Source: Tubulanus polymorphus
Lineage: Eukaryota > Animalia > Nemertea
Assembly: GCF_964204645.1 (NCBI RefSeq)
Contig: NC_134033.1
Coordinates: forward strand, 3,120,131 to 3,184,130
DNA: 64,000 nucleotides
Direction: 5' to 3'
Shown: in pieces, positions 13,314-32,561 of the stretch
Layout: the number at the start of each line of letters is the position of its first letter
Numbering within the stretch: the first letter of the stretch is position 1
The notes under the pieces: generated by a model
The model's database searches: none
What the model was told of the DNA's origin: nothing
The model's input: only the letters and a program-made list of their open reading frames with translations
Position numbers and translations under genes: made by a program

Positions 13314-13871
13314 CTACCGCGGTCATCCCCGTCTTACTTTGTTGCTATTGTTTCTTCAAAACAATCTGTACCAAACAAGACCTTACTCACCACAATCAGA
13401 TATCCACGCGCTTCACTTAGCTTCAACTCAGTTATTATATTGACTGTAGAGCGAATTTAGTCAAAACAGATATTGACGAAATGTTTTACAGAGACGCAGA
13501 ATATTTCGAGGTACAGATAGAAAATGTCATAGAATATTATCACAAACTGAACGCAGTTCGGGAGCGACAGTAAATATTTTTAGAGAAATAATTGCACATG
13601 ATTATAAACACGATATATTGAAACACGTCTAAATTTAGAAACCGCGGTAATTACAGCGAAACCGAGAACAGATGAAAGTTTCACAAATACGAGACTGGCG
13701 CCAGTTTGATGGGAGATCTTTTTACAAAATAATTGGACTCGGTCAATTCGTCAACTTCTGACATTTGCGAATTCGTCATTACTTTGTTTGCAGCCACTCT
13801 TATGAGAAATGTCGTGAAAACTTGGAAATAGTTAGAAATGTGTTTGTTTTGAAGCGTGAATTGTGTTCAAT

Positions 13872-16800
13872 ATGCCGCGAATGAAAGCGTTGTTCGTAGT
13901 TTTACTGATCGCTTGCGGAGACTGTATATTTACGCGGGCTGATCGCGCAAACTCTGTCGAGGAAGCCGCGTCTGTTACAGTCAGTTCATCTTGTAACAAC
14001 ACTCAATACTCCGTCGATTCTACGTCTGGTTACATCGTTTCACCGAACTATCCGTCGTTAGTGCGCGGTGTTGAATGTCGTTGGTTCGTCAACAGCTCTT
14101 TACCGGGAAGTTTTCTCGTTCAAGTTTACTTCGACATCGAGCCGTCGATATTCTGTAACAAAAACTACCTTCTCGTCGGTGAGTCCGACAACAAACTCTG
14201 CGCTACCGGAAGAAAACAACTAGATATCCGCAGTAACGATTTGATTTCGTTGTTGTTTAGGAGTAACGTCGATGGAGCGCGAGGTAGTCGGGTTTATATC
14301 ATATATCGTTTTGAAGAACAGAGTCGCTTGAAAATCTTACATACATGTCACAAGCATGCAGTGAAAGAATTACTAACTCAAACAGGTTATGAATTCATGA
14401 TTTCTGCCTGGCGATGTAAATTGTTGTTAGAATGGATCGGGATGCCAGACAGGTTTGCAATGAATTTAACGTTTATACAGATAGATTTCAGATTATATCC
14501 AGGTGAGGATCCGATGAAAACTCGTCCTCAAATTTACGACGGATGGAACAGCACCAGTGAACCTATAGCTCTTATACGAGAACAAACCGGACATCCACCT
14601 TCATCGTTTTATACTAAAACTAATAAAGCACGTATTGAAATTATTTCAAATAGAAACCCACTTTTTAAGTCGCAGTTACTCGTGCAAGTTTACCAAATAT
14701 CAGATTGGAACATCTCTAACCCGTTAATTCAAGTCTATAATAAATCAGGACTGCTCACTACAATTGATGGAATACCACATATAGTAACTCAGTCTAAACA
14801 CTTATACTGCTGGTCTATCACAGTCGATGTTCTGCAGTACGTCGTCTTCAACTGGTCACGTGATCTCGTCTCGTCACCTGGTGTCGTTGGTGTATATAAA
14901 CAGGAAGGGTTACGTATTGTGAGAACTGATATTTTACTCAGTTTTAACCATCTTAAATCTCTAAATGTAAAATCAGACGGATTTCTCGTCATTCTGTGCG
15001 TTTTAACGACATCGGATTTTGAAAGATCCAATTTGAAAATAGAATTTGAGGTGAAATCAATGACAATATCAGACGTCTACGTCAACAAACCGAGGATATC
15101 GGTAAGTTTATTACAGTGATTTGTAAATTTGGTTCGTGTAATAGAATCAATGTAATTATCTATATTTTAATGGCTTTTTTGACCAGTGAAACTTTACCGA
15201 GAATCTTGGAATAACAACGTTATGTGTGACCCAAATTTCAATATATTCGGACGCACTTGTTGTTTACGCAGAGTAATTATGATGATTTGTGGAAGATAAG
15301 TTAAGATTTGATTGCAACATTTTGAACTATTATCAAAATATCGAGGTCGTACAGAGTTTGAAATTGCCGTTTTGTAAACATAAAATGCTGTTATCAATTT
15401 TCTTATATTTCAGCATTTATACACAAGGAAATCAATATCAGCTAATCGATTGTTCCCGAGATCAAAGAATACATTGTATCGTGTAACTACATTACAACTA
15501 AACTGGAAAGTGAACATCTATGAAGAACAGTTGAAACTAACAGTGCAATCAGAAAACTGTGATCGAGCTGGTTTTTATATATTTGATGGTAGTAATTTCA
15601 CAGCTAGACGCTATGGTCCGTATTGTCCTGGTTCATACTACGGTCGATCTGTCGTCAGCCTGATTACATCAGGTGGACCGGTTACTGTAGTAGCATACGC
15701 TTATTACTATAACAATCAGTTAACAGTTGGTTACACCGGCAACTCAATTCTTAGATTTGCTCCTACTGATTGTGATGGTTATGTTCTACAGGAAGAAGAA
15801 CGTCAGATCAATATGACGTCACAATGTCTCGCGATTACACCTGAAAATCGACGCCTTCGCTTGAAAAATATCCATATATTATCAGAACACGAATATCAAA
15901 TTGATATATGTTTTCTCAAGATGTCATTATTATGTGATCAGTTTCTGAGTTTAAGTAATCGGTTTCTTAATAACAGTCTCGTAAAAAACACTGTAGATTT
16001 CACAGGTGGGTTTGTATTCTGGCAAGAACCACTAATAGTTAAACTACGTCGTGAATGTCTAGGAGTGAAAAAAGCGGTTAGTTTTGGATTTCTTGGATCC
16101 CGTCTTCCAGTTACTACTAAAGATAAATGTGGACTCGTGCAGTCACCGAACTACCCGGGTTTGGCAGACCCTACATCAAAATCTATTTCCTATAAATTCG
16201 AAAACCCGATACAACAAAAAATATTTCAATATTACAGATTTATTGTCAAATTTATTGGATCAATTTCATGCGAAACAAACAGCAGGGTCGAGAATGATCC
16301 AATCATTTTGATACAAACAATAAATTATGACCTCTTTCTAAATGGAAAATATTACAAAACCATTTTAACCCAACATGAAACTAAAATATGTGAAAATAAC
16401 GCGGTTCGTGGACTTATATTTTATAGTTTAACAGATAATACTCTGCGTTTTGAAGTAAAAAATGGTATACCCATCTTTCAAATACAATACACTTTACACG
16501 AGTCGTTACCGATTAAACATTTCGATGATTTCTACTGTAAACAAGGATTTCTAGATTCCGGAATTTCTTGCATCAAATTCATCAGAGATGAACGTCTGAA
16601 TTGGGAGAACGCTGAAATATACTGTAGACAGAAGTTCGCGGGACATCTACTCAGTATCAACTCGGAACAGGAAATGATTTCCATCAAAAGATTATTCGCT
16701 ACAGAACTTCTCCGAATGGCGTACACATTAAAAGCGCTCATAATGATGATTGGATTGAAATGGCAGGTAAGACTAATGTATTCAAATATGAATTAGAAAA

Positions 16801-19800
16801 GAAAGGTTTTTAAAGAGAATGATATATATTTCATTTTCTTCACGAAACAGAATGATGGTTATTACACGTGGACTGACGGTAAACCATTGAGCTACACAGA
16901 GTGGTATAAACCTGTTATTAATGAAACGATACCAGAAGTTATTCGAGGATTGATATCTCCGCTAAGAAAACAACCGATAAATGACGTCAATATGCCGTGT
17001 GCGGCGATGATACTAAATAATCCACGAGGATCAGCGAACTGGGTTCGATTCCCGTGTCAAATCGAGGAGACGCACACGACATTCATTTGTGAATCTGAGA
17101 GAATCGACATCAAAAACAAACATAATTCAACGATAAACGACGCGAACAATTCAACAAATACAGGCTTAAATAAAACCAAAGATCAAATGATTCCCGATGT
17201 TACTTTAATAAATTCAACCTGTCCAAGAGGTTGGGTAACTATTACCGGACAATGTTATCACATACTAACCGACTGGAAAAACAATCGAGGTTTGAATATT
17301 CGGATTGCTAGAGAAATGTGTAACAGCATCCGCACCGAAATAGTAAGAATCAACTTAAATATAGAAAGTGATATGAAAAATTTGATCAACAAATTTCAAT
17401 ATCGCCATCAATATGGCGCTATACTGACAATGGATCGCGGCGGATTTAAAGTTATCAAACCACTGGTGACCAGAGATGAAATTACTTATATTCAGTCAGT
17501 TAAATGGTTATTGAAACCTTTCGATAATACAAAAGATAAAGTGCATTCCGTGTTGTGTACCTATAATGTAACTGGTAAAGAGTTAGCTTCTATAAGCGGT
17601 TGTAAATCGTGGCAGTTTGAATGTAACGATCGAAGATGTATCAGCGACCATCGCGTATGTGATACCAGACACGACTGTCAACACGGTGAAGATGAACTCA
17701 ATTGTACGGATATCAATTTACACAGTCAGTTCCGCTGTAACGATGGACAGGTTATATCGATTAGCGGTTTCTGTGACTTTATGAGAGATTGCGTCGATGG
17801 CTCGGATGAGAACTCGTGCTATCATCCACCGTGTTTATCTACGCAATATCGCTGTTCCAATGACCAATGCATCGATAGTTATAAACGATGTGACGGACTA
17901 GCCGACTGTAAAGACGGTTCCGATGAGATCGGATGCACTGCCGAACTTTGTCAGGGGTTCTCGTGCGCGGACGGTGAATGTATTAGTTCTCAGTTGTATC
18001 GGGATGGTGTCGTTGATTGTAGCGGAAGTCTCGAAGAAGACGAATTGGTCAATAATATGACATTGAATCCCGAGGTTTACTGTAATAATGACAATCACTG
18101 TACGACTCGTTTCACAGATCTGTGTAAACAATCGGGTGAACAAAGATGTTCGTTCAATTCTCCTCGCTGTTATTCCCGACACGAAAGGTGTATTTTAGAA
18201 AGGATGCCGATTGGTTTCCCGGTATGTCGAAATCTTGAACACATACTCGCGTGTAATGACTTCCAATGCGCGGCTGGTACTGTAAAATGTCCGGCATCTT
18301 ACTGTATACCGATCAGACACGTTTGTGACGGTCGATCCGATTGTCCTAATTCAGAAGATGAACGAAACTGCGAGACTTGGTCGTGTCCGGGAATGTTTAA
18401 ATGTGGCCAGAAAAATCGATGTATTCCGCAATCTGAAGTTTGCGACGGAGTCGTAAATTGTAAACATAACTCGGATGACGAGTCATACTGTAAGGTCACG
18501 TGTCCTGAACGTTGTAATTGCCGGGGTCATTTCATCGATTGTGAAAATGCTCTTTTATCAGATATTACCGGCCGTTTTATAGAATCAACTCGGGTTTTGA
18601 TTTTGTCGAATAACCGAGTCGTATTTAACGAGTCGACGTTCAACTCTTTCATTTATCTTCGTTTTCTCGATATTTCGGGCAATAATTTGTCTTATATCGT
18701 TCCCAACGCGTTTTCTAATCTAAACAATCTATACGCATTAGACCTTACACACAACCGCATAACATCATTATCTGCTAATACATTCGCAGGTTTGATCGGT
18801 TTAAAAGAACTATTTCTTATCGGAAATCCGCTGCAACATTTAGAAGACGGTAGTTTTCGAGGTCTGAAGTCACTTACTGTTCTCGATCTTCACGGACTTT
18901 CTATATCGGTTCTCGGTGAAAATGTATTCAAAAGTTTATCCGCATTACAGTCGTTAAATATCAGCAGTAACAGAATCCATTACATTTCGACATTTGCTTT
19001 TTCTGGATTGGTTGGACTTGAAATTCTAGATCTTGTCAAAAATGCCGAAGTGATATTTGTAAAAAGAAACGTTCTTGGCGATCTTACATCATTGAAATAC
19101 CTCGCTTCGGATGCTTACAAATTTTGCTGCATGGCACCGAATGTTGACCGATGTCTTCCCGAAGCTGATCAATTTTCGACCTGCTCTGACCTGATGGGTA
19201 ACGCTGTACTGAGAGCCATCATCTGGATGATCGCAACTTTCAGTTTTCTCGCTAACAGTATCGTTATTGTATTTCGCGTTCAAGCTTTGCGGATTGAATC
19301 CTCCGGAACACGTAACACATCTTCAGATATCTTCATCATAAATATTGCCGGTTGTGATTTTCTGATGTCGGTCTATTTGTTTTTGATCGCAGGAGCTGAC
19401 CACGCGTTCAAAGGCGTTTATTATCTGAATTCTGAAACCTGGACGGATAGCTCATTATGTCGTCTCGCCGGGGTTATTGTCACCGTTTCGTGCGAAGGTT
19501 CCTTAACTTTTCTCTTATTTCTAACGCGTCAGAGATATTCAAATATCGTCAACCCGTTTTCTAGAAGTTCGATTATAACTCCTAAATACGTTATCGGTAT
19601 TTGCTGCATTTGTTGGCTCGTTATGAGCACAGTTTCTATTCTACCGCTGTCATCGTCGTCTTACTTCGGACACAATTTTTACGGTACAACCGGAGTTTGT
19701 TTGCCTATGAATTTACTGACGATCGACGTCAATGGCTGGCACTATTCATTCGCTATTTTTGCCTTGTTTAATGCGGCCATATTGGCTACGATAATGACGA

Positions 19801-20105
19801 CGTACGCTCAGATGTATAAACTCGTATCTGGAAGTAGGTCGGGCTCGGGAAGAGCCGATCCTACCGAACTGGTTTTAGCTCGAAGGAGTTTAGTAATCAA
19901 TCTTTGTAATCTATTTTGCTGGCTACCGATAATAATCGTTCAGTTTTGCGCCGTATTTTCGGTCGAGATACCGAACCAGGTGGCCGCTTGGCTGGCCGTT
20001 CTATTTTTACCGATCAACTCGTCTCTGAATCCGCTTCTTTATACAATACTAACTATCGATATGAAATCAATTAGAACGAGATATAAACGTCAACAAAAGA
20101 AGTAG
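13872..20105 (+). CDS. GRL101-like (LGR type C / relaxin-receptor-related) GPCR with CUB and C-type lectin domains; exons 13872-15101, 15414-16766, 16851-20105; ~1945 aa
   Basis: Three long ORFs joined by phase-0 GT-AG introns. Signal peptide MKALFVVLLIACG; CUB motifs (GYIVSPNYP..CRW, IFDG..YGPYC, CGLVQSPNYPG); C-type lectin (NWENAEIYC..GHLLSI..IGL..YTWTDG..W..C..FICE) plus a second CTL-like unit; 6 clear + 1 degenerate LDLa repeats; LRRNT + LRRs; hinge SDAYKFCC; 7TM with NPLLY. Confidence 0.92.
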
Positions 20106-21413
20106 ATTACGAACACTTCAGTAGCAATAAAGGAGCTTTTAAACGAATCGTTTTAGTGTTCATGGTCGCGCACCAAGCTCTAGTAATGAATCTAAAGAAC
20201 AAAGGACAGATATTAACGACGACCTTTGGGCCCATGGTCTATTCAGTTTTTATATCACTACTTTATCTAAACAATTCACATGAAACAGTGTTTTTTTCGT
20301 AGCTATTAGATTAATTGTAGATCGTTTGTTAAATGCAATAGTATTTACTTAAGGTGTGGATTTAAGGTGCTCGGTGAGCTCTTTACTGACCACTGCAATT
20401 GAAATAGACGATTACATAGATGACGACTTATTAATTTATAAATATATTCACTGATGTAGTGTGAGCGTGTGTGTAAGAGTGATTGGTTTGATTTTTCTTT
20501 TCGCAATATGTGATTTAAACAGAATAGTAGATTTATTTCTCTCACAATTTAATCATGTTAACCCCTTTATCAGATTTAATTTCGAAAGTTGACTATATTG
20601 CTCGCTATACAGGTATATAGTTTATGATTATTTGTCCTTGTTTAATTCCGGTCACGATACAGTTGGATTGACAGGTACTTTCGTTGATCACGCTTAATCA
20701 GTTATCAGAAAAGAACACTAACTCTCCATCTATCCACTTATTCTGGAAAATGAACAATTTGAAATTTTTTTTTAATGGCTCACAGAATTGTCGAAACGTC
20801 TCTTTTCTTACTATAGGTGGGTTTATCAACTAACAGTTTGCAGAGTTAGCCAATAGATAATGCTTTGGTACGATCATCTGGAAATGACAAAAATCGCTTT
20901 TCGATATCAACCACTTTTGTGGGTAGGTACCGAATGGATGCCCCATCTTAAGTTTTATGTAGGACCCAGTTTCGTTAACTGAATATTTTGTTTTAAATCG
21001 CTTTCAATGCGGAAAAAAAATTCAAACTCAACCGCGATTTAAAGTTAGAACTTTTTCATAAATCTCTTGCCGTTTTCGTATAAGCAAGTAAATTCCTTTA
21101 GGTAAGCGATGTTGTTATTTAGCCATATGAACTGTTCAAACCTGTCTGTTTTACGGTACCGAGTATCCATTGTATTCCGTACGCTTAATGCGGGTATCAG
21201 TTTGTATCCATGGAACCACATCGCTTCAAGCGATCACTATTGAAAGGCTGCTGATTGAATGTATCTAACGTCTGGTGCAGTTCATATTTTCCGGGGTGAC
21301 CTCTGGTTCGAAAATATATAAAAGTTTAAATTTTAGAAATATAACAGAATCAAAGTTCATTTAATTCTTACTTTCATTTGTTCATAGTTTTGATGATTGC
21401 AAAAAGCCTCTGC

Positions 21414-21489
21414 ATCTGCCGTTGCCTGCCCCTGCCCCTGCCCCTGCCCCCTGCCCCTGCCCCTGCCCCTGCCTCTGCCTCTGCCTTTC

Positions 21490-21520
<31 letters not shown>

Positions 21521-21547
21521 CTCTGCCTCTGCCTCTGCCTCTGCCTC
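21414..21547. repeat. (CCTCTG/CCCCTG)n hexanucleotide microsatellite
   Basis: Visible directly; source of the RG/AE/AS pseudo-ORFs. Confidence 0.95.
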
Positions 21548-22431
21548 TTCCTTTCCCTCTCCAATAACAAATATCACAGCCAGTGATAAACATCACGGTT
21601 AGATACATCGTTTCATAGCGATGTATAAATATTTTACCACATATTATACGAACGCACCAGCGAGCCGGCGATCATATCAGCGGATAAATCACTCGTAATA
21701 AATGCAAATAAAACCGCGATGATGAGTTATAAAAACACGTTTTGAACGAATCTGTATCGATACAACACCTCTCCACACGTCAGCTCGTATGTACGTACCA
21801 GTGCGCGACGTACTTGAACAGTCATTTTAATCGCGTTTTTCATCAGTGACTGTTTGTCACACAGTTCTGTGATCTAGCTACCAGTTGTACTTTATCATCG
21901 CTAGGATTTCGTCAACTTCGGGAGCCGGTCGAACCCAGTTCCATAGTTGCCGTTACAATTTGATTATGTTGAATTTATGAATGTTAAAAAAACAACTTAA
22001 TCTCGATCGTATATGATACAAAAAAACTAAACATTTCTATGGCGACTACATTGGAAACTGGATAATGACGAGTGATTCATATATTGAAAACTGGTCGGGA
22101 TCTCGGAGGGAAAAATTGACAACTGATTTTGAATTTATTGCGAAACAATCGGAAGAAACTTAACAGTGACGTGCTAAAACTGATTGTGACATTACAGATA
22201 TCATCGTTGGACAACGATTGTGAAAAATGAAATCTGATTGTAAGTTCTAAATCGATGGAAAATTGAATTTGAATTTCTTTAGAAATTGACACATTGAAAA
22301 CTGATTGTGACTTTCTTGCCAAATCATCGAAAACTAATCGTGATTTGGAAGCGAAATCATTCTAAGCTGATTGTCACTTCGCGATCAAGTTGACTGGAGC
22401 GAACTTTTCAGGAGAATTTATCCGCGAATAA

Positions 22432-27273
<4,842 letters not shown>

Positions 27274-27445
27274 ACGACTCGTCGAGGAACCGGTGACAAA
27301 CACTAGATGGCGCGACTAACAGTCAGTTTTGGGACATTCCGAATATAAAAACATTTGAAATGTTTTATATATATATAGATCTTGGGTAGAGAGTCTAGAT
27401 AATTAAAAATCCATAGCAGCAAAAACAGTACAAATCTCATTTCTT

Positions 27446-27497
27446 ATTTATCATAGCGAACGTTTTCGGGAGTTACATTAGCCCCTCTTCAGGCATA
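27446..27497 (-). ncRNA. minimal hammerhead-ribozyme-like motif (Penelope-type)
   Basis: Minus strand CUGAAGA-GGGG..CUCCC-GAAA-ACGUUC with a palindromic AACGUU stem III; stem I is weak. Confidence 0.4.
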
Positions 27498-29273
27498 GCG
27501 CAAATGATTAAATTTACATATCATACTGGTATTTATATAGAATAAGACGAAGCTAATTACTAACGATTTCAAATTACTGAGTGACAAGATAATCATAATA
27601 TCGTCAAACATCGTCTGCGTTTCCGGTGTCGCTGTGAGCACGTGATCTAAAACGAATCGGGTCAATGTCGTACGCGCGACAATAGAGTTTACTCTTATCT
27701 GGAGACAAACAAATAAACAACGGTTCAACGATGAAGAATGTTTGTCAGATACTCGGAGTCCCTGTTCATATACCTTAACCGGTGGGCCCAAAAGCTGTCC
27801 CAATAGTTTACGTACCCCGTGCGGTCCAAATTGTACCGCCCCAAGTCGCGTCATCGCGTCAAAAGTCGCTTTACTGATTATACAGGAATCGACCTTCAAG
27901 TCGAACCCACGAATCGAACCGATACTGGACATATTGACAATATAAGCGGCAACTTAACGATCGATAGAATTCTTAGCCACGACCTTCAAAATACAAGAAA
28001 CAGAAATTACGAACGTTGATGTAAATACGTGAGAAGTGTTGTTTGTTGACTGTTTAAATATGCGAGAAGTGTTGAATCACCTGACTGTTCAAATATGTGA
28101 GAAGTAAGTGTTTGATCACGTGTTTTGATCATAAAATAGGGATTGTCCACGTTATATATTTGTTTGGCTGGTAAATTTCGTTTGATTTTTCGATTGAGTG
28201 TCCCTTACAGACCCACCACACCTGCCGGGAGCGAAACAGGGGGTTTGATTTTAAAATCGAAAATCGAAGTACAGATATAGTTGTGTGATCGGCGATCGAG
28301 TTCAAAAATTTTGTTTTGTTCAAATCGAAGTACAATTGGTAATTGGTTTCCTGAGTTACGTTAATCACTAATTTTACATTCACGTTTCATCGTGCTAGGA
28401 ATGATAAAATTAGAGGATATTTAATCTAATTACCTCATACAAACATTGGAACATTATAGATGAAATATAGATTAAGTAATGTACAAGAATTTCTGAATTA
28501 AGCTAAAAGAAAAAAAAAATTTTCAAATGTAATCTTTGGATCGAAATTAATACGATTGGATCAGTTAGCGATATACATGTATGTACGTACTTTTCTGAGA
28601 CGGGCTCTCTTAAGAAAATGCACGTACTAAGAGGAATCAAAAATCATGTCAAACAGTTATACAATTACAGAATCCTAATGTCATCGTCGCTATTGAATTC
28701 TAGCATTAAACGTCCGAGATTTCCGTTCTGGTGGGTACATGAGAGCTCATATTTGAATAATTTTTCTGTTGATGATACAATGCCATTGAGGTTATCTCTG
28801 GTCTAAGAACGGATCCAGATGTTTCACCACCTAAGGGCGGATAGGTTAACTGGATAGTCACCTACATCATGGCCAAATATGGAGGATCTGGGGGCACTCC
28901 CAAGAAGATTTTGAATGTCAAGGCCCTGAGATGCGATCTTTGAGTATATTCGGGTCATTTTCAATTAATGGTAGGTCAACAATTTGAAAAATAACCTCAT
29001 ACAATTCGTCGATTGATGGGAATAGGCTTCAAAATGAACGTATGGTTGGTCAATAAAGTAAGTACACCTCTAGATTCGGGATTAATGCCATAAGGGGGTG
29101 TGCTCACGACCGACGAGAAAGCCGGGTATTCAGCTAGTATGTATATAAAAGTGGAAAAGCACCATGGGACCGGTCTTACAGCATATTCGAATAAGCCACC
29201 CAAAAGAAACTCTGGTGGACCACGTTCTTCGACTTTTGGACTGAAGTCTTGGATGTGCATCCAGTTTTCTTTT

Positions 29274-30359
29274 CTATTTCGAATCACAAAAATAATTTAT
29301 CAGTAAAATCTGTTTAGCTTTTTTTCTAAAGGCGCCGTTTGTCGCGCAGTAAAGGAAGAAATTTACGGAAGAATCTAAAACACTGAGCAGAATTCCTACT
29401 TTACGCATGATCATTAGCTGAGCCGTAAATAGACCGTTAGGTAATCCAAACTCTTTTCTGAAGTAACCTAGCAGACGGTCCAGTGATGCGGGAATTTCAC
29501 AGATAAAAAATATAGCTACAATTATGAGAACCAATTTTAATATTTTGAGTTCGGTGGATTTTTCACCGGGCGCCGCTGCGTCCGCGCGAAATTGTTTCTT
29601 TTGTTTTAGTTTTCTAAATATCATAATTCCGAACAAAGTTATATTGATCACAATTAGAAAAATAAAAGGTGCAAGAACAGTCATGAACATATAGGAATTA
29701 GAAACAAAGCTGGATGCTCGATTACTTTTATAAATAAAAGGTGTTCGAATTATTTCCGCTCCAAAAGGTCCCATTGTAAACAAACCTTCAAAACAGCGTC
29801 GCGTAGCCCTTCCGGGTAAACGTTTTGGAAAATAATACGGCCAGAAACAAACGGCGGAAGAAATTGCGTTCAAAACCGAGAAAAAGATGATTTGTTTTTT
29901 GTTCCAGAATCGTTTGAAATACAGCGGACTCGCGACAACCAGAAGTCTCTCGAAATTGATTATAACTACGGCCCAATTTCTGGACATGTGGAACGTATGA
30001 AACAGCGGTAGAACCCAAATTATAATTTCGTGTCCAAAAAACCAATCATCGTAATGGCCAAAGAACACAGCATCTATTTGACCAGAGATAATTATTATCC
30101 GAAGTGGATACAGAAGAAACACTGAAAATACGAACAGTAAATCAAACCAGGCGAGAACTATGATAGTTTGATAAATAGCGCGACCGATCTTTCTGAATAC
30201 TAGAATGGAAACGAAGTTTAGAAACATTCCGAAAACTGATGCCGGCAAATATCCGTACAAGTACAGATTATAGCTGAAAACGTGTGTCCATTGTTCTGGT
30301 GGAAATCGGCTGGCGAGGCAGCGCTCAATTTTAGTCGTGGAGATTGTGGTAGAATTCAT
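29274..30359 (-). CDS. FMRFamide-receptor-like (Srw-type) rhodopsin GPCR, intronless, ~361 aa
   Basis: ATG at 30359 (MNSTT, N-glycosylation sequon), 7 hydrophobic segments, NFERLLVVASPL, FFICEIP, DSSVNFFLYC. The C-terminus is probably shifted by a T7 run at 29319-29325. Confidence 0.88.
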   Translation of the reverse strand: MNSTTISTTKIERCLASRFPPEQWTHVFSYNLYLYGYLPASVFGMFLNFVSILVFRKIGRAIYQTIIVLAWFDLLFVFSVFLLYPLRIIIISGQIDAVFFGHYDDWFFGHEIIIWVLPLFHTFHMSRNWAVVIINFERLLVVASPLYFKRFWNKKQIIFFSVLNAISSAVCFWPYYFPKRLPGRATRRCFEGLFTMGPFGAEIIRTPFIYKSNRASSFVSNSYMFMTVLAPFIFLIVINITLFGIMIFRKLKQKKQFRADAAAPGEKSTELKILKLVLIIVAIFFICEIPASLDRLLGYFRKEFGLPNGLFTAQLMIMRKVGILLSVLDSSVNFFLYCATNGAFRKKAKQILLINYFCDSK

Positions 30360-30543
30360 GTTGAAACTCAAAGAGACCCGTAATCAGTTGCTCTGCAGTT
30401 CTGCAGTAACACAACCTCTCTCTCTCTCTCTCTCTTTCTTGCTCTCTCTCTATATCTGACACCCTATTATCAATGATGAAGCTGTGCAATAAAATAACAC
30501 CCATCGTTCTCCGCGTCTCTCATCCCAACCCCTATCATCAAAC

Positions 30544-30947
<404 letters not shown>

Positions 30948-31340
30948 CCCAGAATTGACAAAATTTATTCATAACGGTTTAGATAGTATAGATCGCTGGT
31001 GTTGTATGTTAGTAAATAGTACATTTGTATAACCTTGTAAATAACCTTGTTAAAAGTCTTTATTTTTCTCCTTTTCGATTGTAAGCAAAATTATTGTTCC
31101 CTACATATATACCATTACTATCAAAATGGTAGGAAAATAAATTAATTTATCCATCTTTACATTTAGGGAAAATCATTTTTGCCTACCGTCAGTTTACGTT
31201 CAGTCAACCTTAACCAGACAATGGATCAAATTAACTGCTCGGTGTTTGGTAAAGTTAAACTTCAAGCAAAAAAGAATAAATTATCCGATTTCATTTGAAT
31301 GAAATGTAGAAGGAATTAAAGCGCGGAAGACCAAGTAACT

Positions 31341-31636
31341 ACTAGCGACACCCGCTGGATCCTCACTTGCCACAAGTGGAATTTTCTTGCCGCAGTAGTT
31401 GATGTCCTACTGCACACTAGCGACACCTGGTGGATCCTCACTTTCCACAAGTGGAATCCTCTATTGTCGCAGTAGTTGATGTCCTACTGCACACTAGCGA
31501 CACCTGGTGGATCCTCACTTTCCACAAGTGGAATCCTCTATTGTCACAGTAGTTGATGTCCTACTGCACACTAGCGACACGTGGTGGATCCTCACTTGCC
31601 ACAGGTGGAATTTTCTTGCCGCAGTAGTTGATGTCA
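31341..31636. repeat. 75-77-bp tandem repeat, ~4 copies
   Basis: CTAGCGACAC recurs at 31342, 31417, 31494 and 31571; related single copies at ~36760-36850 and ~48925-48978. Confidence 0.9.
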
Positions 31637-32561
31637 ACTGTTAATAGATCGACGTTGTTCGTGTTTGGCGTCGCTAAATCTAAAACAAATTCGAATCTGT
31701 GGTTTCGTTGTTTTCGTCGAAATGTAAATAATGTATTGTCAAGATATGCGCAGCTGCAGATAACACAGTCAGATGAGATCGTGATATGTCAGCATGGTTA
31801 TGATTTCATAGATCTCTTTTATCCTACTATTTATTCTATTGATTGATTTGAATTCTTCGTCGACATAGTTGTAGGGTGTCCCGAGTGAAGGGGCGTAGCC
31901 TCCATGTACCACTGTCCCACAAATTTTTGGCCAAGATCATTATTTTGTTCCTTTAGTTCAAATACATAAACTAGCTGGACGGGTTTCCGAGTGCATTTAA
32001 AAGTGATATCGAAATAATAAAGTGACCTTGGCCTTGGGCAAAATGTCTCTCAAATTACAGTTATTTCCGAAATCTCGATGTATTAAATTAGGCGGCCAAC
32101 ATAATTAACCCCAGTCAGTCGCTTGCCTGTTCAGGTTAGTTGGAAGATTGGTTGAATGAACCGGAATCGACATTTTACAATTATGCACTTCGATATGTAC
32201 TTCGATTTAAACAAAAAGAATTTGTAAATTCGACCGCCGATGCTATTTCTATTGTATCTGTGCTTCAATTTCCAATTTCAAAATCAACCCCCCTCCCTCC
32301 TCCCTCCCCCATTTGTTTCGTTCCCGGCACATGTCGATGGTCTGTAAGGGACACCGAATAAAAACAGAAAAGAATCAAAATCTATCAATTAAATAAATAA
32401 CATGTTCAATCCCTATTTTTAGGTAGAAAAATACGAATAAATTTTCGTGGCTGCTACTTTTAAAATCCTGACTTGGTAACCAGTTGGGAACGTGACATCT
32501 GGTTTGTTTTTTTAAACAGAATAAATAGTTCAATAAATGTCTATATACTATCATTGCGAAC

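Noticed and set aside
21357-21608. RG-, AE- and QR-repeat ORFs
   Set aside because: Hexanucleotide microsatellite.
27489-27945. 147-aa ORF as a Penelope endonuclease remnant
   Set aside because: Only a faint MNRD-like motif in another frame near the hammerhead-like site; no GIY-YIG or RT motifs.
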